64,000 bases of DNA from Actinomycetota bacterium (lineage in GTDB: Bacteria > Actinomycetota > Actinomycetes > Actinomycetales > Microbacteriaceae): assembly GCA_041181585.1 (NCBI GenBank), contig JBEGPG010000074.1, forward strand, positions 35,778 to 99,777, given 5' to 3'. The first letter of the stretch is position 1. Every line of letters starts with the position of its first letter. Below are positions 10,940 to 23,005 of this stretch, piece by piece. The notes below the pieces were generated by a model. It was not told the origin of the DNA. It did not search any database and was given only the letters and a program-made list of their open reading frames with translations. A program made the position numbers and the translations under genes.

Positions 10940-12521
10940 GTTCGGCGTAACTTTCATTCCAATGGTCCTCAACGCCGTCCGGCAAAATAAGAACTCTTTC
11001 GGCGTTCAGGGCACGCACAGCGCCCTCGTCGTGGGAAACCAAGACAACCGCACCAGTAAAGGTGTTTAGAGCTCTCAGAATTTCTTCTCGGCTGGCAGGG
11101 TCGAGGTTATTTGTAGGTTCATCGAGTAGCAAAACATTTGCCGATGAAACTACAAGGGTCGCCAAGGCTAGCCGTGTCTTCTCACCACCGGACAAGACTG
11201 CGGCTTTCTTGTTTACATCATCGCCAGAGAACAAGAACGAGCCAAGTACCTTTCTGGCATCGGTATCGGCAAGTTGAGGGGCAGCATTCTTCATGTTCTC
11301 CAACACCGTGCGGTTGACGTCAAGAGTCTCATGCTCTTGCGCGTAGTAGCCGATCTTGAGACCATGGCCTGGCTGAATCTCCCCAGTGTCTGGCTCGTCG
11401 ATACCAGCGAGCATGCGCAGCAAGGTGGTCTTACCGGCACCGTTCAAACCAATTACAACAACCTTCGAACCACGATCGATGGCAAGGTCAACAGCGGTGA
11501 AAATCTCTAGCGAACCATATGACTTGCTGAGATTCTTGGCAAATAGAGGCGTCTTACCGCACGGCGCAGGTTCAGGGAAACGAATCTTCGCAACGCGGTC
11601 TTGCTCGCGGACATCTTCGAGAGATGAGAGTAACTTCTCTGCACGTTTAACCATCTGATGTGCGGCCGCGGCCTTTGATGCCTTAGCGCCGAAGCGAGCC
11701 GCTTGAAGTTGGAGACTTGTGGCCTTCTTCTCTGCATTCGCTCGCTCGCGCTTGCGTCGCTCTTCGTCACTTTCGCGCTGTTTCAAATAGTGCGACCAAC
11801 CCATGTTGTAAACATCGATTACGCACCGGATTGCATCGAGGTAGAAGACTCGATTGACTGTTTCACCGATAAGGTCGATGTCGTGACTGATCACAATCAA
11901 TCCACCCTGGTAGTTCTTTAAGAACTCTCTAAGCCAGACAACCGAGTCCGCATCCAAATGGTTTGTAGGTTCGTCAAGAATCATGGTTTCAGCGTTCGAA
12001 AAAAGGATTCGCGCCAGTTCGATTCGCCTTCGCTGTCCACCCGAGAGGGTCTTGAGTGGTTGACTAAGAACTTGCTCGGGTAGCCCTAGGTTCGATGCGA
12101 TTGCGGCCGCTTCAGCTTCGGCAGCGTAACCTCCCGCTGCTTGAAAAGCAACGTCGTATCGAGAGTAGTTGGACATCCCTCGCTCATAGATCGCCTCATC
12201 GACCGACGACATGTCCTCGGTTGCCTTCGACATCTTTTCCAACAAATCGCCAATGCCACGGGCGTTCAAAATTCGTGTGCGCGCCAGTTCTTCAGGGTCG
12301 CCGGTGCGTGGATCCTGCGGGAGGTAACCGATCTGGCCAGACTTCTCGATGGCACCCTCGGTTGGCTGGTTTTCACCTGCAAGAATCTTGGTAAGTGTAG
12401 TTTTGCCGGCTCCATTGCGACCCACCAAACCAATTTTGTCGCCCCGCTCGACACGAAAATTGACGCCAGACATAAGTAATCTGGCGCCAATTCGAATTTC
12501 GAGGTCTTTGACTGAAAGCAA
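10923..12521 (-). CDS. ABC-F family ATPase (ribosome-associated)
   Basis: Two ABC domains (GRNGAGKT/LSGGQ/DEPTNHLD and GLNGAGKT/LSGGE/DEPTNNLD) and no TM domains. Confidence 0.92.
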   Translation of the reverse strand: MLSVKDLEIRIGARLLMSGVNFRVERGDKIGLVGRNGAGKTTLTKILAGENQPTEGAIEKSGQIGYLPQDPRTGDPEELARTRILNARGIGDLLEKMSKATEDMSSVDEAIYERGMSNYSRYDVAFQAAGGYAAEAEAAAIASNLGLPEQVLSQPLKTLSGGQRRRIELARILFSNAETMILDEPTNHLDADSVVWLREFLKNYQGGLIVISHDIDLIGETVNRVFYLDAIRCVIDVYNMGWSHYLKQRESDEERRKRERANAEKKATSLQLQAARFGAKASKAAAAHQMVKRAEKLLSSLEDVREQDRVAKIRFPEPAPCGKTPLFAKNLSKSYGSLEIFTAVDLAIDRGSKVVVIGLNGAGKTTLLRMLAGIDEPDTGEIQPGHGLKIGYYAQEHETLDVNRTVLENMKNAAPQLADTDARKVLGSFLFSGDDVNKKAAVLSGGEKTRLALATLVVSSANVLLLDEPTNNLDPASREEILRALNTFTGAVVLVSHDEGAVRALNAERVLILPDGVEDHWNESYAELISLS

Positions 12522-12851
12522 CTAGATTGCGAATCCAATCGCACGCATCTGCTCGCGTCCATCTTCGGTGATAAGTTCCGGACCCCATGGCGGCATCCAG
12601 ACCCAGTTAATGCGAAAGGCTTCGGTAACCCCATCCAGTGCCGAGGCGGTTTGTTCCTCAAGGACATCGGTGAGTGGGCATCCGGCGCTAGTCAAAGTCA
12701 TGTTGATTAGTAGCGAGCCGTCTTCTTCAGACTCTTCAACCCCGTAAATCAGTCCAAGATCGACGATGTTGACACCGATTTCAGGATCAATAACCTCTTT
12801 TAGAGCCTCTAATACTTGATCGTGGCGTTCCGGTGACAGTTCCTTTGGCAT
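12522..12851 (-). CDS. sufT: DUF59 / SufT metal-sulfur cluster assembly factor
   Basis: VIDPEIGVNIVDLGLIY, MTLTSAGCPL, WMPPW. Confidence 0.9.
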   Translation of the reverse strand: MPKELSPERHDQVLEALKEVIDPEIGVNIVDLGLIYGVEESEEDGSLLINMTLTSAGCPLTDVLEEQTASALDGVTEAFRINWVWMPPWGPELITEDGREQMRAIGFAI

Positions 12852-13600
12852 TATCCGAGGTACCTGTCGTAGCCTTCGGCTTCTAGGCGCTCAGCAAGTT
12901 CAGGGCCGCCTTCTTCAGCGATCTTGCCAGCCACGAAGACGTGCACGAAGTCGGGCTTGATGTACTTCAAAATACGGGTGTAGTGCGTGATGAGAAGAAT
13001 TCCAAGGTTGTTTTCTGCCTGAGCGCGGTTCACACCCTCGGAAACAATCTTCAATGCATCTACGTCTAGACCCGAATCTGTTTCATCTAGTACCGCGAAC
13101 TTAGGCTTCAGCAATTCGAGCTGCAGAATCTCGTGACGCTTCTTTTCACCACCTGAGAAACCCTCGTTGACGTTACGTTCGGCAAAAGCCGAGTCCATGC
13201 GCAGGTTGCTCATCTTCTCGCGAACTTCCTTAATCCATGGACGAAGCGCAGGAGCCTCTCCATCGATGGCAGTCTTAGCGGTACGCAAGAAGTTACTTAC
13301 CGAAATCCCAGGAATTTCGACTGGATACTGCATGGCTAGAAAAAGGCCGGCACGAGCACGTTCATCTGGACTCATTTCAAGAACATTTTCACCGTCAAGA
13401 AGAATTTCGCCAGAAGTTACTTCATACTTTGGGTGACCTGCAATTGAATAGGCAAGGGTTGACTTACCAGAACCGTTTGGGCCCATGATTGCGTGGGTCT
13501 CCCCACTCTTGATGGTCAGGTCGACACCCTTGAGAATTTCTTTGCTTCCATTTTCGGTTTCAACCGAGACGTGCAGATTCTTGATTTCTAGTACAGGCAT
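12851..13600 (-). CDS. sufC: Fe-S assembly ATPase SufC
   Basis: [40 protein letters not shown]. Confidence 0.97.
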   Translation of the reverse strand: MPVLEIKNLHVSVETENGSKEILKGVDLTIKSGETHAIMGPNGSGKSTLAYSIAGHPKYEVTSGEILLDGENVLEMSPDERARAGLFLAMQYPVEIPGISVSNFLRTAKTAIDGEAPALRPWIKEVREKMSNLRMDSAFAERNVNEGFSGGEKKRHEILQLELLKPKFAVLDETDSGLDVDALKIVSEGVNRAQAENNLGILLITHYTRILKYIKPDFVHVFVAGKIAEEGGPELAERLEAEGYDRYLG

Positions 13601-13609
13601 TAATTTTCC

Positions 13610-13924
13610 TTAGGCTGGATCGTATTCGAGGAAGATTTGGTTGTTCTCAATAAAGACTTCGTAGGTAGCTACTGGCTCAAACGCCGGCAGAGTGAGTGCA
13701 GCCCCCGTTTCTAGGGAGAATTTGGCGCCGTGTGCCCAACACTCAATTGTGCTGTTCTCGATGAAACCTTCGCTCAGACTGATTTCGCCGTGCGAACACT
13801 TGTCGTCGATGGCGTAAACGTCTCCCGCTTTGGTTCTCGCGATAGCAATGGCGTGGCCGCTCACTGTGACGCGAATAACCTTGCCAGGCTTCAAATCATC
13901 TAGGGCACAAATTTGGTGAGCCAT
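13610..13924 (-). CDS. Rieske-type ferredoxin
   Basis: CSH and CWAH Rieske ligands; lies within the suf operon. Confidence 0.9.
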   Translation of the reverse strand: MAHQICALDDLKPGKVIRVTVSGHAIAIARTKAGDVYAIDDKCSHGEISLSEGFIENSTIECWAHGAKFSLETGAALTLPAFEPVATYEVFIENNQIFLEYDPA

Positions 13925-15015
13925 TAGTTTATGTCTCCTTCGAGTCGAGCAGAGATAACGTTAGTGAGGCGCTCCACGATTTCTTCATTTTCAATTTGAG
14001 CGATTACGTCGTTAAGGAAGCCCTTTACAACTAGGCGCTTAGCATCAAGTTCGCTGATTCCACGTGCCTGTAGATAGAACAACTGCTCATCATCGAAACG
14101 ACCGCTGGCGCTGGCGTGACCCGCGCCTTCGATTTGCCCGGTTTCAATTTCGAGGTTTGGAACGGAGTCCGCGCGAGCACCGTCGGTTAGGAGTAGATTG
14201 CGGTTCAACTCATATGTCTTGGTTCCTTCGGCCGCTTGGCGAATCAGGACGTCACCAACCCATACCGTGTGCGCTTTAGAGCCCTGTAATGCGCCCTTAT
14301 AGGTGACATTGGAGGTGCAATTCGGCTCATTGTGGTCCACAAATGGTCGGTGCTCGATGTACTGATCTCCGTTTGCAAAGTAGGCTCCGAGCATCTCGAC
14401 GGAACCACCTTGACCCTTGAAGCTAACGCTTGGCACCACTCGAATCGTCTTACCAGTCAGTGAGACAACGATATGCTTCAAAGTGGCATTGCGTCCGATT
14501 TGGGCGAAGTGAGCACTCGTTAGTACCGAATCGTCACTCAAGTTGGAAATCGAAACAATGGTCAACTCGGATTCATCTGCAACATCAATTTGGACTGATT
14601 CAGCGAGTTCAGTGGATCCGGTGTGATTCAGGATCAAAGTGTTTTTTGCGTGTCTTTGGTTTCGAACAATCAGATTGAGCGCGACCCCTCGCTCCGAGCT
14701 GTTCAGATCAGCAATTGTTACGAATGAATCCGGCTTTAAAGAAATCTCTTTCCAAGCTCCATGATTCCAGGCCTTTGCTGTTACTACGTCCTCAGGTAGA
14801 GCAAAACTTTCGTCGCGACTTACATCAACTAGGTCAGCACCAGAAATCGCTCCGGAAAAAGGCGACAAATTACCTAGGAGGGATCCCAGACGATCCGGTG
14901 CAAGGTACCTCCATTGCTCATCACGAATGTTGAGCTCAGGGAACGCTGCTACATCAGTGGTTCTGGTTCGATCAGATCGAATTTGAATTGGAGCATTACC
15001 GTGTGTGTGTTGCAT
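13924..15015 (-). CDS. sufD: Fe-S assembly protein SufD
   Basis: YKGALQG, ARADSVPNLEIE, AGHASASG, LFYLQARGI. Confidence 0.93.
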   Translation of the reverse strand: MQHTHGNAPIQIRSDRTRTTDVAAFPELNIRDEQWRYLAPDRLGSLLGNLSPFSGAISGADLVDVSRDESFALPEDVVTAKAWNHGAWKEISLKPDSFVTIADLNSSERGVALNLIVRNQRHAKNTLILNHTGSTELAESVQIDVADESELTIVSISNLSDDSVLTSAHFAQIGRNATLKHIVVSLTGKTIRVVPSVSFKGQGGSVEMLGAYFANGDQYIEHRPFVDHNEPNCTSNVTYKGALQGSKAHTVWVGDVLIRQAAEGTKTYELNRNLLLTDGARADSVPNLEIETGQIEGAGHASASGRFDDEQLFYLQARGISELDAKRLVVKGFLNDVIAQIENEEIVERLTNVISARLEGDIN

Positions 15016-16433
15016 TAACCTACGGCACCTTCCATTTGCATCTCAATCAGTTTGTTGAGCTCTAAGGCGTACTCCATCGGAAGTTCCTTAGCGATAGGTT
15101 CGATGAATCCACGAACGATCATTGCCATCGCTTCGTCTTCGGGAAGTCCGCGCGACTGCAGGTAAAAAAGCTGCTCATCACTTACTCGCGAAACAGTCGC
15201 CTCGTGACCCATGGTGACGTTGTCTTCACGAACATCAACGGCCGGGTAGGTGTCGGAACGGCTAATCGTGTCTACCAAGAGAGCGTCACAGCGAACGGTA
15301 TTGGCTGAGTTGTAAGCCCCTGGGTTCACTCGGATTTCACCTCGATAGGACGTGCGACCTCCACCGCGCGCAATCGACTTGGAAATGATGGAAGACGAAG
15401 TATTTGGAGCGAGGTGAATCATTTTGGCACCCGCATCCTGATGCTGGCCGGCACCTGCAAAGGCAACGGAAAGGGTTTCACCCTTGGCATACTCCCCTGC
15501 CAAAATGACCGCAGGGTACTTCATGGTTACCTTTGACCCGATGTTTCCATCGACCCATTCCATGGTGGCACCCGCCTCGGCAACGGCACGTTTGGTGACT
15601 AGGTTATAGACGTTGGTCGACCAGTTCTGAATGGTCGTATAGCGAACACGCGCATTCTTCTTGACAATAATTTCAACAACCGCCGAGTGCAGGGAGTCGC
15701 TCTGATAGATCGGTGCAGTACATCCTTCGATGTAGTGAACATAGGAGCCCTCATCTGCGATGATCAGCGTTCGTTCGAACTGTCCCATGTTCTCGGTGTT
15801 GATGCGGAAGTATGCCTGAAGCGGGATTTCTACATGGACTCCCTTAGGAACGTAAACAAACGAGCCACCCGACCACACGGCGGTGTTTAGAGCCGCGAAT
15901 TTGTTGTCGCCGGCAGGAATAACGGTGCCGAAGTATTCCTGGAAGATTTCAGGGTGCTCCTTGAGGGCGGTATCGGTGTCGAGGAAGATGACTCCCTGCT
16001 GCTCCAGTTCCTCCTGTATCTGGTGGTAAACCACTTCCGATTCATACTGGGCCGCGACACCTGCAACCAAACGTGCACGTTCTGCCTCAGGAATGCCTAG
16101 TCGTTCGTAAGTGTTCTTAATGTCCTCTGGCAGGTCTTCCCACGATTCTGCCTGACGCTCGGTCGATCGCACGAAATACTTGATGTTGTCAAAGTCAATC
16201 CCAGATAGATCTGAGCCCCATGATGGCATTGGCTTCTTAGTGAAGTAGTCGTAGCCCTTTAGGCGTCTTTCTAGCATCCACTCCGGCTCGGACTTCTTTG
16301 ACGAGATGTCGCGAACGACCTCTTCGTTGATTCCACGTTTTGCTGATGCGCCAGCCTGGTCCTTATCGGACCAACCAAATTCGTAATTACCCAGACTGTC
16401 AAGCTCGGGGCGTTCGATGATGTTCTCGGACAA
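15015..16433 (-). CDS. sufB: Fe-S assembly protein SufB
   Basis: [41 protein letters not shown]; TTG start with upstream GAAAGG. Confidence 0.97.
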   Translation of the reverse strand: MSENIIERPELDSLGNYEFGWSDKDQAGASAKRGINEEVVRDISSKKSEPEWMLERRLKGYDYFTKKPMPSWGSDLSGIDFDNIKYFVRSTERQAESWEDLPEDIKNTYERLGIPEAERARLVAGVAAQYESEVVYHQIQEELEQQGVIFLDTDTALKEHPEIFQEYFGTVIPAGDNKFAALNTAVWSGGSFVYVPKGVHVEIPLQAYFRINTENMGQFERTLIIADEGSYVHYIEGCTAPIYQSDSLHSAVVEIIVKKNARVRYTTIQNWSTNVYNLVTKRAVAEAGATMEWVDGNIGSKVTMKYPAVILAGEYAKGETLSVAFAGAGQHQDAGAKMIHLAPNTSSSIISKSIARGGGRTSYRGEIRVNPGAYNSANTVRCDALLVDTISRSDTYPAVDVREDNVTMGHEATVSRVSDEQLFYLQSRGLPEDEAMAMIVRGFIEPIAKELPMEYALELNKLIEMQMEGAVG

Positions 16434-16591
16434 ACCAAAACCTTTCTTCGCTGGTTGTAACGCCTCGAATGGCGAAATAATTCCCTAAAACAAGCGCAGA
16501 AATAAATGCGTGCAAGACTTGATTAGAAGTGGTGAACAAGTCACCTGCCCCAAGTCTACTTGAGGGCAATTATTTGGTAAAGGCAACAGCA

Positions 16592-17467
16592 GTGAATTAC
16601 CTCAGGAAACTGATTACTGAACCTCGATTACGAGTCTTGGCATGGGCTTCCTTGGTTTCCGAGATCTTGATTGTGGTGACCGGTGGAGCGGTTAGGCTTA
16701 CCGCTTCAGGGCTAGGTTGTCCAACCTGGCCTCGCTGCACCGATTCAGACTGGACCACGGTTCCCGAACAGGGTATCCATGGAATCATTGAGTTCGGAAA
16801 CCGCACCCTGACATTTGTGCTTCTCCTAATTGCCGCCGGAATGTTCTTGGCTGCAATCGCAAGACGTGGTGGACGCAAAATTCTTTCCACTTCAATTTTG
16901 TTGATTATGGGAATCGTGCTACAAGCCGTTGTCGGCGGCATCAGCGTCCTAATGAAACTGAACCCGTGGATCGTTGGTCTGCACTTCGTAATCAGCGCAG
17001 CCATGATTGCCATTGCTGCAGTTCAACTTTGGCGCGTTTACTCGCCAGAAATCACTCCACCTCATCCAATTGAGGGACGCTTGAGCATCGCCGTAATTCT
17101 TTCGGTGGCGTTGGCTCAATTAGTTGGTGTCGTAGTTACTGGTAGCGGGCCTCACGCTGGAGATTTTGAGACTCCACGTAACGGCTTAGATTCTGAACTT
17201 TGGCAACACATTCACTCCTACCCCGCATATCTTGCGGTTGCCATCACAACTTGGCTCCTAGTTCTAGTTCGCAGACGCGACGTTGATGGCTATGCTTCAC
17301 GTTTGGTTTTCTGGACGCTTTTCACTTTGATTGTTCAAGCTGGTGTGGGCATACTGCAGGCGAATACCGGCCTACCGAGCGCTCTTGTCGCGACGCACAT
17401 GTTCTTAGCAGCCACCGCCTGTGCACTGATCACTCTGCAGTGGTTGGCGTTACACAAAGAATCGTGA
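16592..17467 (+). CDS. ctaA: heme A synthase (COX15/CtaA)
   Basis: GGAVRLTASGLGCPTWPRC, EFGNR, GLHF, GSGPHAGD; the GTG start near 16592 is uncertain. Confidence 0.9.
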   Translation: MNYLRKLITEPRLRVLAWASLVSEILIVVTGGAVRLTASGLGCPTWPRCTDSDWTTVPEQGIHGIIEFGNRTLTFVLLLIAAGMFLAAIARRGGRKILSTSILLIMGIVLQAVVGGISVLMKLNPWIVGLHFVISAAMIAIAAVQLWRVYSPEITPPHPIEGRLSIAVILSVALAQLVGVVVTGSGPHAGDFETPRNGLDSELWQHIHSYPAYLAVAITTWLLVLVRRRDVDGYASRLVFWTLFTLIVQAGVGILQANTGLPSALVATHMFLAATACALITLQWLALHKES

Positions 17468-18792
17468 TGAAATCCCTATTCTGGTTCCGAAAGGACCTTC
17501 GCACCGAGGATCATCCGGCCCTGAATGCAGCCTTGAAGGACGGTTCAGGTTGTTATTTGGTCGCAACGGCAGATCAAGTTGGACAGCGGTTCGAATTCCT
17601 CTCCGAAATTCGGAAACGTTCGATGGTTTCTTCTTGGTACGCGCTAAACGAATCCTTGGATGGGAACCTTATAGTCCTACAGTCACCTGCCGACATGGTT
17701 AGGTTTTCCAAGGAGAACGAAGTCGCGAGAGTGTTCGTATCAGAAGTCTTCGATACCCACGGAGTATCCGAGCTGGCCGCAGTCAAGAAGGATTTAGCCG
17801 CAATCGGGATCGAATTAGTGGTTGGTCCAGGTAACTATGCAATAAGCCCGGGAACTGTTCGCAAACCCGATGGTTCGCCTTACAAGGTGTACACCCCGTT
17901 TTATAAGGCTTGGGACTTGATGGATTCAGGCGAACCTGTCAAATTCGTGGGCATTCAGAACATTGCAGCCGGAAAAGAGAAGTCATTCCTACCACTTACT
18001 AAGACGCTGATCGCTGGCGAAAATCAGGCACTGGGTACGTTGAAGCGTTTTTTAGAGTCAAGGGTCCACGATTACTCGGAGAATCGAAATCGCGCAGATC
18101 TAAGCGGTACATCGCACCTTTCGCATGCAATTAGTCATGGCGAAATACACCCTAGAACGATCTTGCGCATGCTTCCGGATGGCAGCGGCGCCGAGACCTT
18201 TCGTAAGGAAATTGCCTGGCGCGAGTTCTATGCCGACGTGATGTGGCACCGTCTTGACACTTTAGAAGAGTATTTCGATCCAAAATTTGCAATGATGCGT
18301 TACGACGAACCTGGCAATCATTTTGAAGCATGGAAACTCGGCAAGACCGGCTATCCAATGGTCGATGCAGGCATGAGACAACTTTTGACAACTGGTTGGA
18401 TGCACAACCGAGTTCGAATGATTGTCGCTTCGTTTCTCGTAAAGGACTTGCACATCGAATGGCAACATGGCGCTAGATGGTTTGAGCAAAATCTAACTGA
18501 TTATGACCCAGCTTCTAATAGCCATGGATGGCAATGGACTGCTGGTTGTGGCACCGACGCATCTCCCTATTACCGAATCTTCAACCCGACCACACAAGGT
18601 CTCAAATTCGATCCTGAGGGCAACTATGTGCGTAAGTTCATTCCTGAATTAGCATCGGTTCAGGGTGGTCAAGTTCACGAGCCTTGGTTGCTCCCTGGAT
18701 TTAGTGATACTGGGTATTGCCAGCGGATAGTTGATCACGCCACCGAGCGTAACGAGTCACTACTCAGGCTTGAAGAACTCAAGCAAAACTGA
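17467..18792 (+). CDS. phr: deoxyribodipyrimidine photolyase (CPD photolyase/cryptochrome family)
   Basis: [73 protein letters not shown]. Confidence 0.93.
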   Translation: MKSLFWFRKDLRTEDHPALNAALKDGSGCYLVATADQVGQRFEFLSEIRKRSMVSSWYALNESLDGNLIVLQSPADMVRFSKENEVARVFVSEVFDTHGVSELAAVKKDLAAIGIELVVGPGNYAISPGTVRKPDGSPYKVYTPFYKAWDLMDSGEPVKFVGIQNIAAGKEKSFLPLTKTLIAGENQALGTLKRFLESRVHDYSENRNRADLSGTSHLSHAISHGEIHPRTILRMLPDGSGAETFRKEIAWREFYADVMWHRLDTLEEYFDPKFAMMRYDEPGNHFEAWKLGKTGYPMVDAGMRQLLTTGWMHNRVRMIVASFLVKDLHIEWQHGARWFEQNLTDYDPASNSHGWQWTAGCGTDASPYYRIFNPTTQGLKFDPEGNYVRKFIPELASVQGGQVHEPWLLPGFSDTGYCQRIVDHATERNESLLRLEELKQN

Positions 18793-19660
18793 AATGAAGC
18801 AGCGGATCAAGCGCTACCGCCAAAAAGAGCACGGTGAGATAGCTGATTGAGCCGTGGAACAGTCTCATCGGGCTGCTGGGCACACCCGTCTTCGATTGGT
18901 TGTAGAGAAGAGTAGCTTCGATGGTGAACCAAATTCCAAAGCCACCAGCAATCGCCGTGTAGACGATCCCCATGTTTGCAGCTGGAATCAGCAGGAGCGA
19001 GCTCACAACCATCGCCCATGAGTAGAGCAGAATCTGCACTCCAACGACTCTTGGCTTGCGTACCACCGGAAGCATTGGAACCCCAGCTGCGGCGTAATCG
19101 TCTCGATACTTCATCGATAGTGGCCAGTAGTGTGGCGGTGTCCACAAAAAGATGATTAAGAAGAGAATCCAAGGGGCAACCGTAAGGTCCTTGGTAACTG
19201 CAGCCCAACCAATGAGAACTGGCATGGCCCCAGCTGCTCCGCCCCACACGATATTCTGTGGCGTGCGACGCTTAAGCAGCAAAGTGTAAATCAGCACATA
19301 GAAGAGAATCGCCGAAAGAGAAAGCACGGCTGATAGCCATCCAGCAGTAATCCACAAGAACGCAAACGAAAACAACCCAGATCCGTAAGCGAAGGCCAGG
19401 GCTTCACGCTTGCTAAGTTCCCCGGTCACAAGAGGGCGACCCTTGGTGCGGCCCATGACCTTATCAATATCGGCATCGATGTAGCAGTTGAACGCATTAG
19501 CGCTTCCGGCAGATACTGCGCCACCAATCAAGACCGACAGCATCAGCCAGAGGTCGGGCATACCTCGCTTGGCGAGGATCATTGCGGGAACGGTAGTAAC
19601 CAAGAGAAGTTCGATTACTCTTGGCTTGGTGAGCGCAATATAGGCGCGAATCTTGGACAT
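18779..19660 (-). CDS. ctaB: protoheme IX farnesyltransferase (heme O synthase)
   Basis: [45 protein letters not shown]. Confidence 0.94.
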   Translation of the reverse strand: MSKIRAYIALTKPRVIELLLVTTVPAMILAKRGMPDLWLMLSVLIGGAVSAGSANAFNCYIDADIDKVMGRTKGRPLVTGELSKREALAFAYGSGLFSFAFLWITAGWLSAVLSLSAILFYVLIYTLLLKRRTPQNIVWGGAAGAMPVLIGWAAVTKDLTVAPWILFLIIFLWTPPHYWPLSMKYRDDYAAAGVPMLPVVRKPRVVGVQILLYSWAMVVSSLLLIPAANMGIVYTAIAGGFGIWFTIEATLLYNQSKTGVPSSPMRLFHGSISYLTVLFLAVALDPLLHFSFA

Positions 19661-19793
19661 CAAAGCCCAGTTTACAGGCATGCGCGGTAGTAGAATTGAG
19701 CACAGACCGAGACTTTAAGTCATGCGTTTATTCGGCGAAGAAGCCCTCCCAATCATCAAGAACCTTGCGGTTCACCTACAGTCAGGAGTCGCT

Positions 19794-21887
19794 GTGTCAG
19801 CATTCCAATGGTCAGAATTAGATTCCAAGGCAGTCGATACTGCCCGAGTCTTGGCAGCCGATGCGGTTGAGAAGGTAGGCAACGGTCACCCTGGTACCGC
19901 TATCTCTTTGGCTCCAGTGGCTTACCTGCTGTTTAACAAGGTAATGCGCCATGACCCAAAGGATGACCGTTGGCTTGGTCGCGATCGTTTTATTCTCTCC
20001 GTAGGTCACTCCTCACTAACCCTCTATAACCAGCTTTACTTGCACGGCTATGGTCTCGAACTTGACGACTTGAAGTCCCTTCGCACTTGGGGATCGGCAA
20101 CCCCAGGACACCCTGAGTACGGTCACACCAAGGGTGTGGAGATCACCACTGGACCTCTTGGTCAGGGACTCGCTTCGGCAACCGGCTTCGCCTACTCGGC
20201 ACGCTACGAGCGTGGTCTTTTTGACCCTAACGCTCCCCTAGGTACCAGCCCTTTCGATCACTTTGTTTATGTGATTGCTGGTGACGGAGACATGCAGGAA
20301 GGTGTCACTTCGGAAGCCGCATCTTTGGCTGGTCATCAAAAGCTTGGCAACTTGGTAGTGATCTACGACAGCAACCAAATTTCAATTGAGGACGACACCG
20401 ACATCGCGTTCACAGAGGACATTATCGGGCGATACGAGTCCTATGGTTGGCACACCCAAACCGTTGATTGGCGTAAGAACGGCGACTACAAGGAAGACCT
20501 AGAGGAGCTCTACAACGCAATTCAGGCGGCTAAGGCAGCTACCGATAAACCTTCCCTTATTCGTTTGCGTACAATCATCGGCTGGCCTTCCCCAAAGAAG
20601 CAAAACACCGGGAAGATTCACGGTTCAGCCCTTGGAGCAGAGGAACTAGCTGGCTTGAAGCAAGCCCTGGGTTTTGATCCTGAGAAGACTTTCGATGTTG
20701 CACCTGAAGTAATCAACCACACTCGTGGCTATCAGACCTTTGCGGATGAAAACCGACGTGTTTGGGAGGCTTCGTTCGATGCCTGGGCTTCCGAAAACTC
20801 GGAAAAGCATCAACTTCTGAAGAGACTAGTCGCCGGTGCTCTTCCAGCCGGACTCGAACAAGCGCTACCGAAGTTTGACTCAGGAACGGAGCTCTCAACA
20901 CGTGCGGCATCCGGCAAGGTAATCAACGCAATTGCACCGGAAATGCCAGAGCTTTGGGGAGGCTCAGCCGACCTTGCCGAATCTAACTTGACCACCATCG
21001 CTGGTTCGAAGTCTTTCGTGCCTTCAGAATGGTCAACGCACGAGTGGACCGGTGACAAATACGGTCGTGTGCTTCACTTCGGTATCCGTGAACACGCCAT
21101 GGGTTCTATCTTGAATGGAATTACCCTGAGTGGTCACACTCGACCATTCGGCGGAACCTTCTTGATCTTCAGCGACTACATGCGCCCAGCGGTTCGCCTC
21201 GCAGCTCTAATGAATGTGCCTTCGATCTTTGTATGGACGCACGACTCGGTGGCCCTTGGTGAAGACGGTCCAACCCACCAACCGATAGAGCAGATTGCGA
21301 CCTTGCGAGCAATTCCGAATCTTGCGCTGGTTCGTCCCGGAGATGCCAACGAGACCGGGTATGCCTGGCTAGGTATGCTCCAACACACGACTGGACCGTC
21401 AGGTATCGCGCTATCGCGTCAGAACATTCCAGTATTCGCTCGTGGGGAAAAGGATGAAACTGGTGTAGTGATCGCCGGTGCCGAAAACACCCTCAAAGGT
21501 GCCTATGTGTTTGCTGAGGCGAGCAATGGCAAACCTAAGGTGATTCTCATTGCAACTGGGTCTGAGCTACAGCTCGCAGTTCAAGCTCGTTTGGTTCTCG
21601 AAAAGGCAGGCACTCCAACCCGAGTTGTTTCTGCACCATGTCTCGAATGGTTTGAAGAGCAGAGTGAGGACTATCGCAATTCGGTTCTACCTCGCAATGT
21701 GAAGGCACGCGTATCAGTCGAGGCCGGATCGGAACTCGGCTGGAGCAAGTACGTAGGTCCCTTTGGTGAATCGGTCTCGATCGATCACTTCGGCGCCTCG
21801 GCCGACTACAAGACGCTGTTCCGTGAATTTGGAATGACTGTTGAAAACGTGGTTTCGGCCGCTAAGGCCAGCATCAAGAAAGCATAG
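19794..21887 (+). CDS. tkt: transketolase
   Basis: [38 protein letters not shown]; GTG start at 19794 follows AGGAG. Confidence 0.96.
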   Translation: MSAFQWSELDSKAVDTARVLAADAVEKVGNGHPGTAISLAPVAYLLFNKVMRHDPKDDRWLGRDRFILSVGHSSLTLYNQLYLHGYGLELDDLKSLRTWGSATPGHPEYGHTKGVEITTGPLGQGLASATGFAYSARYERGLFDPNAPLGTSPFDHFVYVIAGDGDMQEGVTSEAASLAGHQKLGNLVVIYDSNQISIEDDTDIAFTEDIIGRYESYGWHTQTVDWRKNGDYKEDLEELYNAIQAAKAATDKPSLIRLRTIIGWPSPKKQNTGKIHGSALGAEELAGLKQALGFDPEKTFDVAPEVINHTRGYQTFADENRRVWEASFDAWASENSEKHQLLKRLVAGALPAGLEQALPKFDSGTELSTRAASGKVINAIAPEMPELWGGSADLAESNLTTIAGSKSFVPSEWSTHEWTGDKYGRVLHFGIREHAMGSILNGITLSGHTRPFGGTFLIFSDYMRPAVRLAALMNVPSIFVWTHDSVALGEDGPTHQPIEQIATLRAIPNLALVRPGDANETGYAWLGMLQHTTGPSGIALSRQNIPVFARGEKDETGVVIAGAENTLKGAYVFAEASNGKPKVILIATGSELQLAVQARLVLEKAGTPTRVVSAPCLEWFEEQSEDYRNSVLPRNVKARVSVEAGSELGWSKYVGPFGESVSIDHFGASADYKTLFREFGMTVENVVSAAKASIKKA

Positions 21888-21898
21888 GTAGAGAGACA

Positions 21899-23005
21899 AT
21901 GAACAACCCATTAGTAACCTTGGCAGCCAACGGCGTGAGCATTTGGCTGGACGACCTATCGCGCAGTCGCATCGAATCTGGAAACCTAGAGAGCTTGATT
22001 GCAACTCGATCTGTAAGTGGTGTGACTACCAACCCGACAATCTTTGCTGGAGCGCTATCCAAGGGTGAGGGCTATGGTGAACAAGTTCTGAAACTAGCAT
22101 CGGCGGGAGCTTCGGCGACACAGGCGATCTTCGAAATCACCACCGTTGACGTTGCCAACGCCTGCGATATCTTTAGGGGCGTCTATGCGGCTTCGCAAGG
22201 CTTCGACGGTCGCGTTTCCATCGAGGTCGAGCCTGGTTTGGCACACGACACCGCTGCCACCGTGAAGCAAGCGGTTGAACTTTTCGACAAAGTTAACCGT
22301 GAGAACGTGATGATCAAGATTCCGGCGACTATGGCCGGTCTTGGAGCCATCACCCAGGTAATTGGTATGGGTATCAGTGTTAACGTAACGCTGATCTTCT
22401 CGCTTCAGCGTTACGCCGAAGTGATTGCCGCCTACATTGCAGGCATCAAATTAGCCAAGCAAAACGGACACGACCTGGCGAAGATTCACTCGGTGGCGTC
22501 GTTCTTCGTATCGCGCGTGGATACCGAGATCGACAAGCGTCTAGAGGCCATTGGCACTGCCCAGGCCCTAGGGCTGAAAAGCAAGGCTGCTCTAGCCAAC
22601 GCACGTCTCGCTTATGAACTATTTGAGAGTTCGTTTGCTACTGCTGAGTGGTCGGAGCTGGCCAATGCCGGCGCAAATGTCCAGCGACCTCTTATGGCTT
22701 CGACCGGCGTAAAAGACCCTAGCCTCGCTGACACCCTTTACGTGACCGAACTTGTTGCTCCCCGTTTGGTAAACACCATGCCTGAGAAAACAATGGAAGC
22801 GGTTTTTGATCACGGAGTTGTGCCAAACAATTCAATTGCCGGTCACTACGAGGAATCGAAGGCGATTCTGGCGGAGCTAGAAACCCTTGGTGTCAGCTAC
22901 GACGATGTTACACAGCTCCTCGAAGATGAAGGCGTTGAGAAGTTTAATATCTCTTGGTCCGAGCTTGTTGAGAGCATCGAAACTGCATTGAAGATGGCTA
23001 AATAA
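21899..23005 (+). CDS. tal: transaldolase
   Basis: [40 protein letters not shown]. Confidence 0.96.
   Translation: MNNPLVTLAANGVSIWLDDLSRSRIESGNLESLIATRSVSGVTTNPTIFAGALSKGEGYGEQVLKLASAGASATQAIFEITTVDVANACDIFRGVYAASQGFDGRVSIEVEPGLAHDTAATVKQAVELFDKVNRENVMIKIPATMAGLGAITQVIGMGISVNVTLIFSLQRYAEVIAAYIAGIKLAKQNGHDLAKIHSVASFFVSRVDTEIDKRLEAIGTAQALGLKSKAALANARLAYELFESSFATAEWSELANAGANVQRPLMASTGVKDPSLADTLYVTELVAPRLVNTMPEKTMEAVFDHGVVPNNSIAGHYEESKAILAELETLGVSYDDVTQLLEDEGVEKFNISWSELVESIETALKMAK

Noticed and set aside
15015-16433. Possible intein in SufB, as in some mycobacteria
   Set aside because: The protein is a normal 472 aa with no insertion.
19700-19793. tkt leader hairpins (GGC-GAAGAA-GCC, GAACC-TTGC-GGTTC) as an ANTAR target
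   Set aside because: The stems are short, the loop lacks A1, and there is no matching twin hexaloop.
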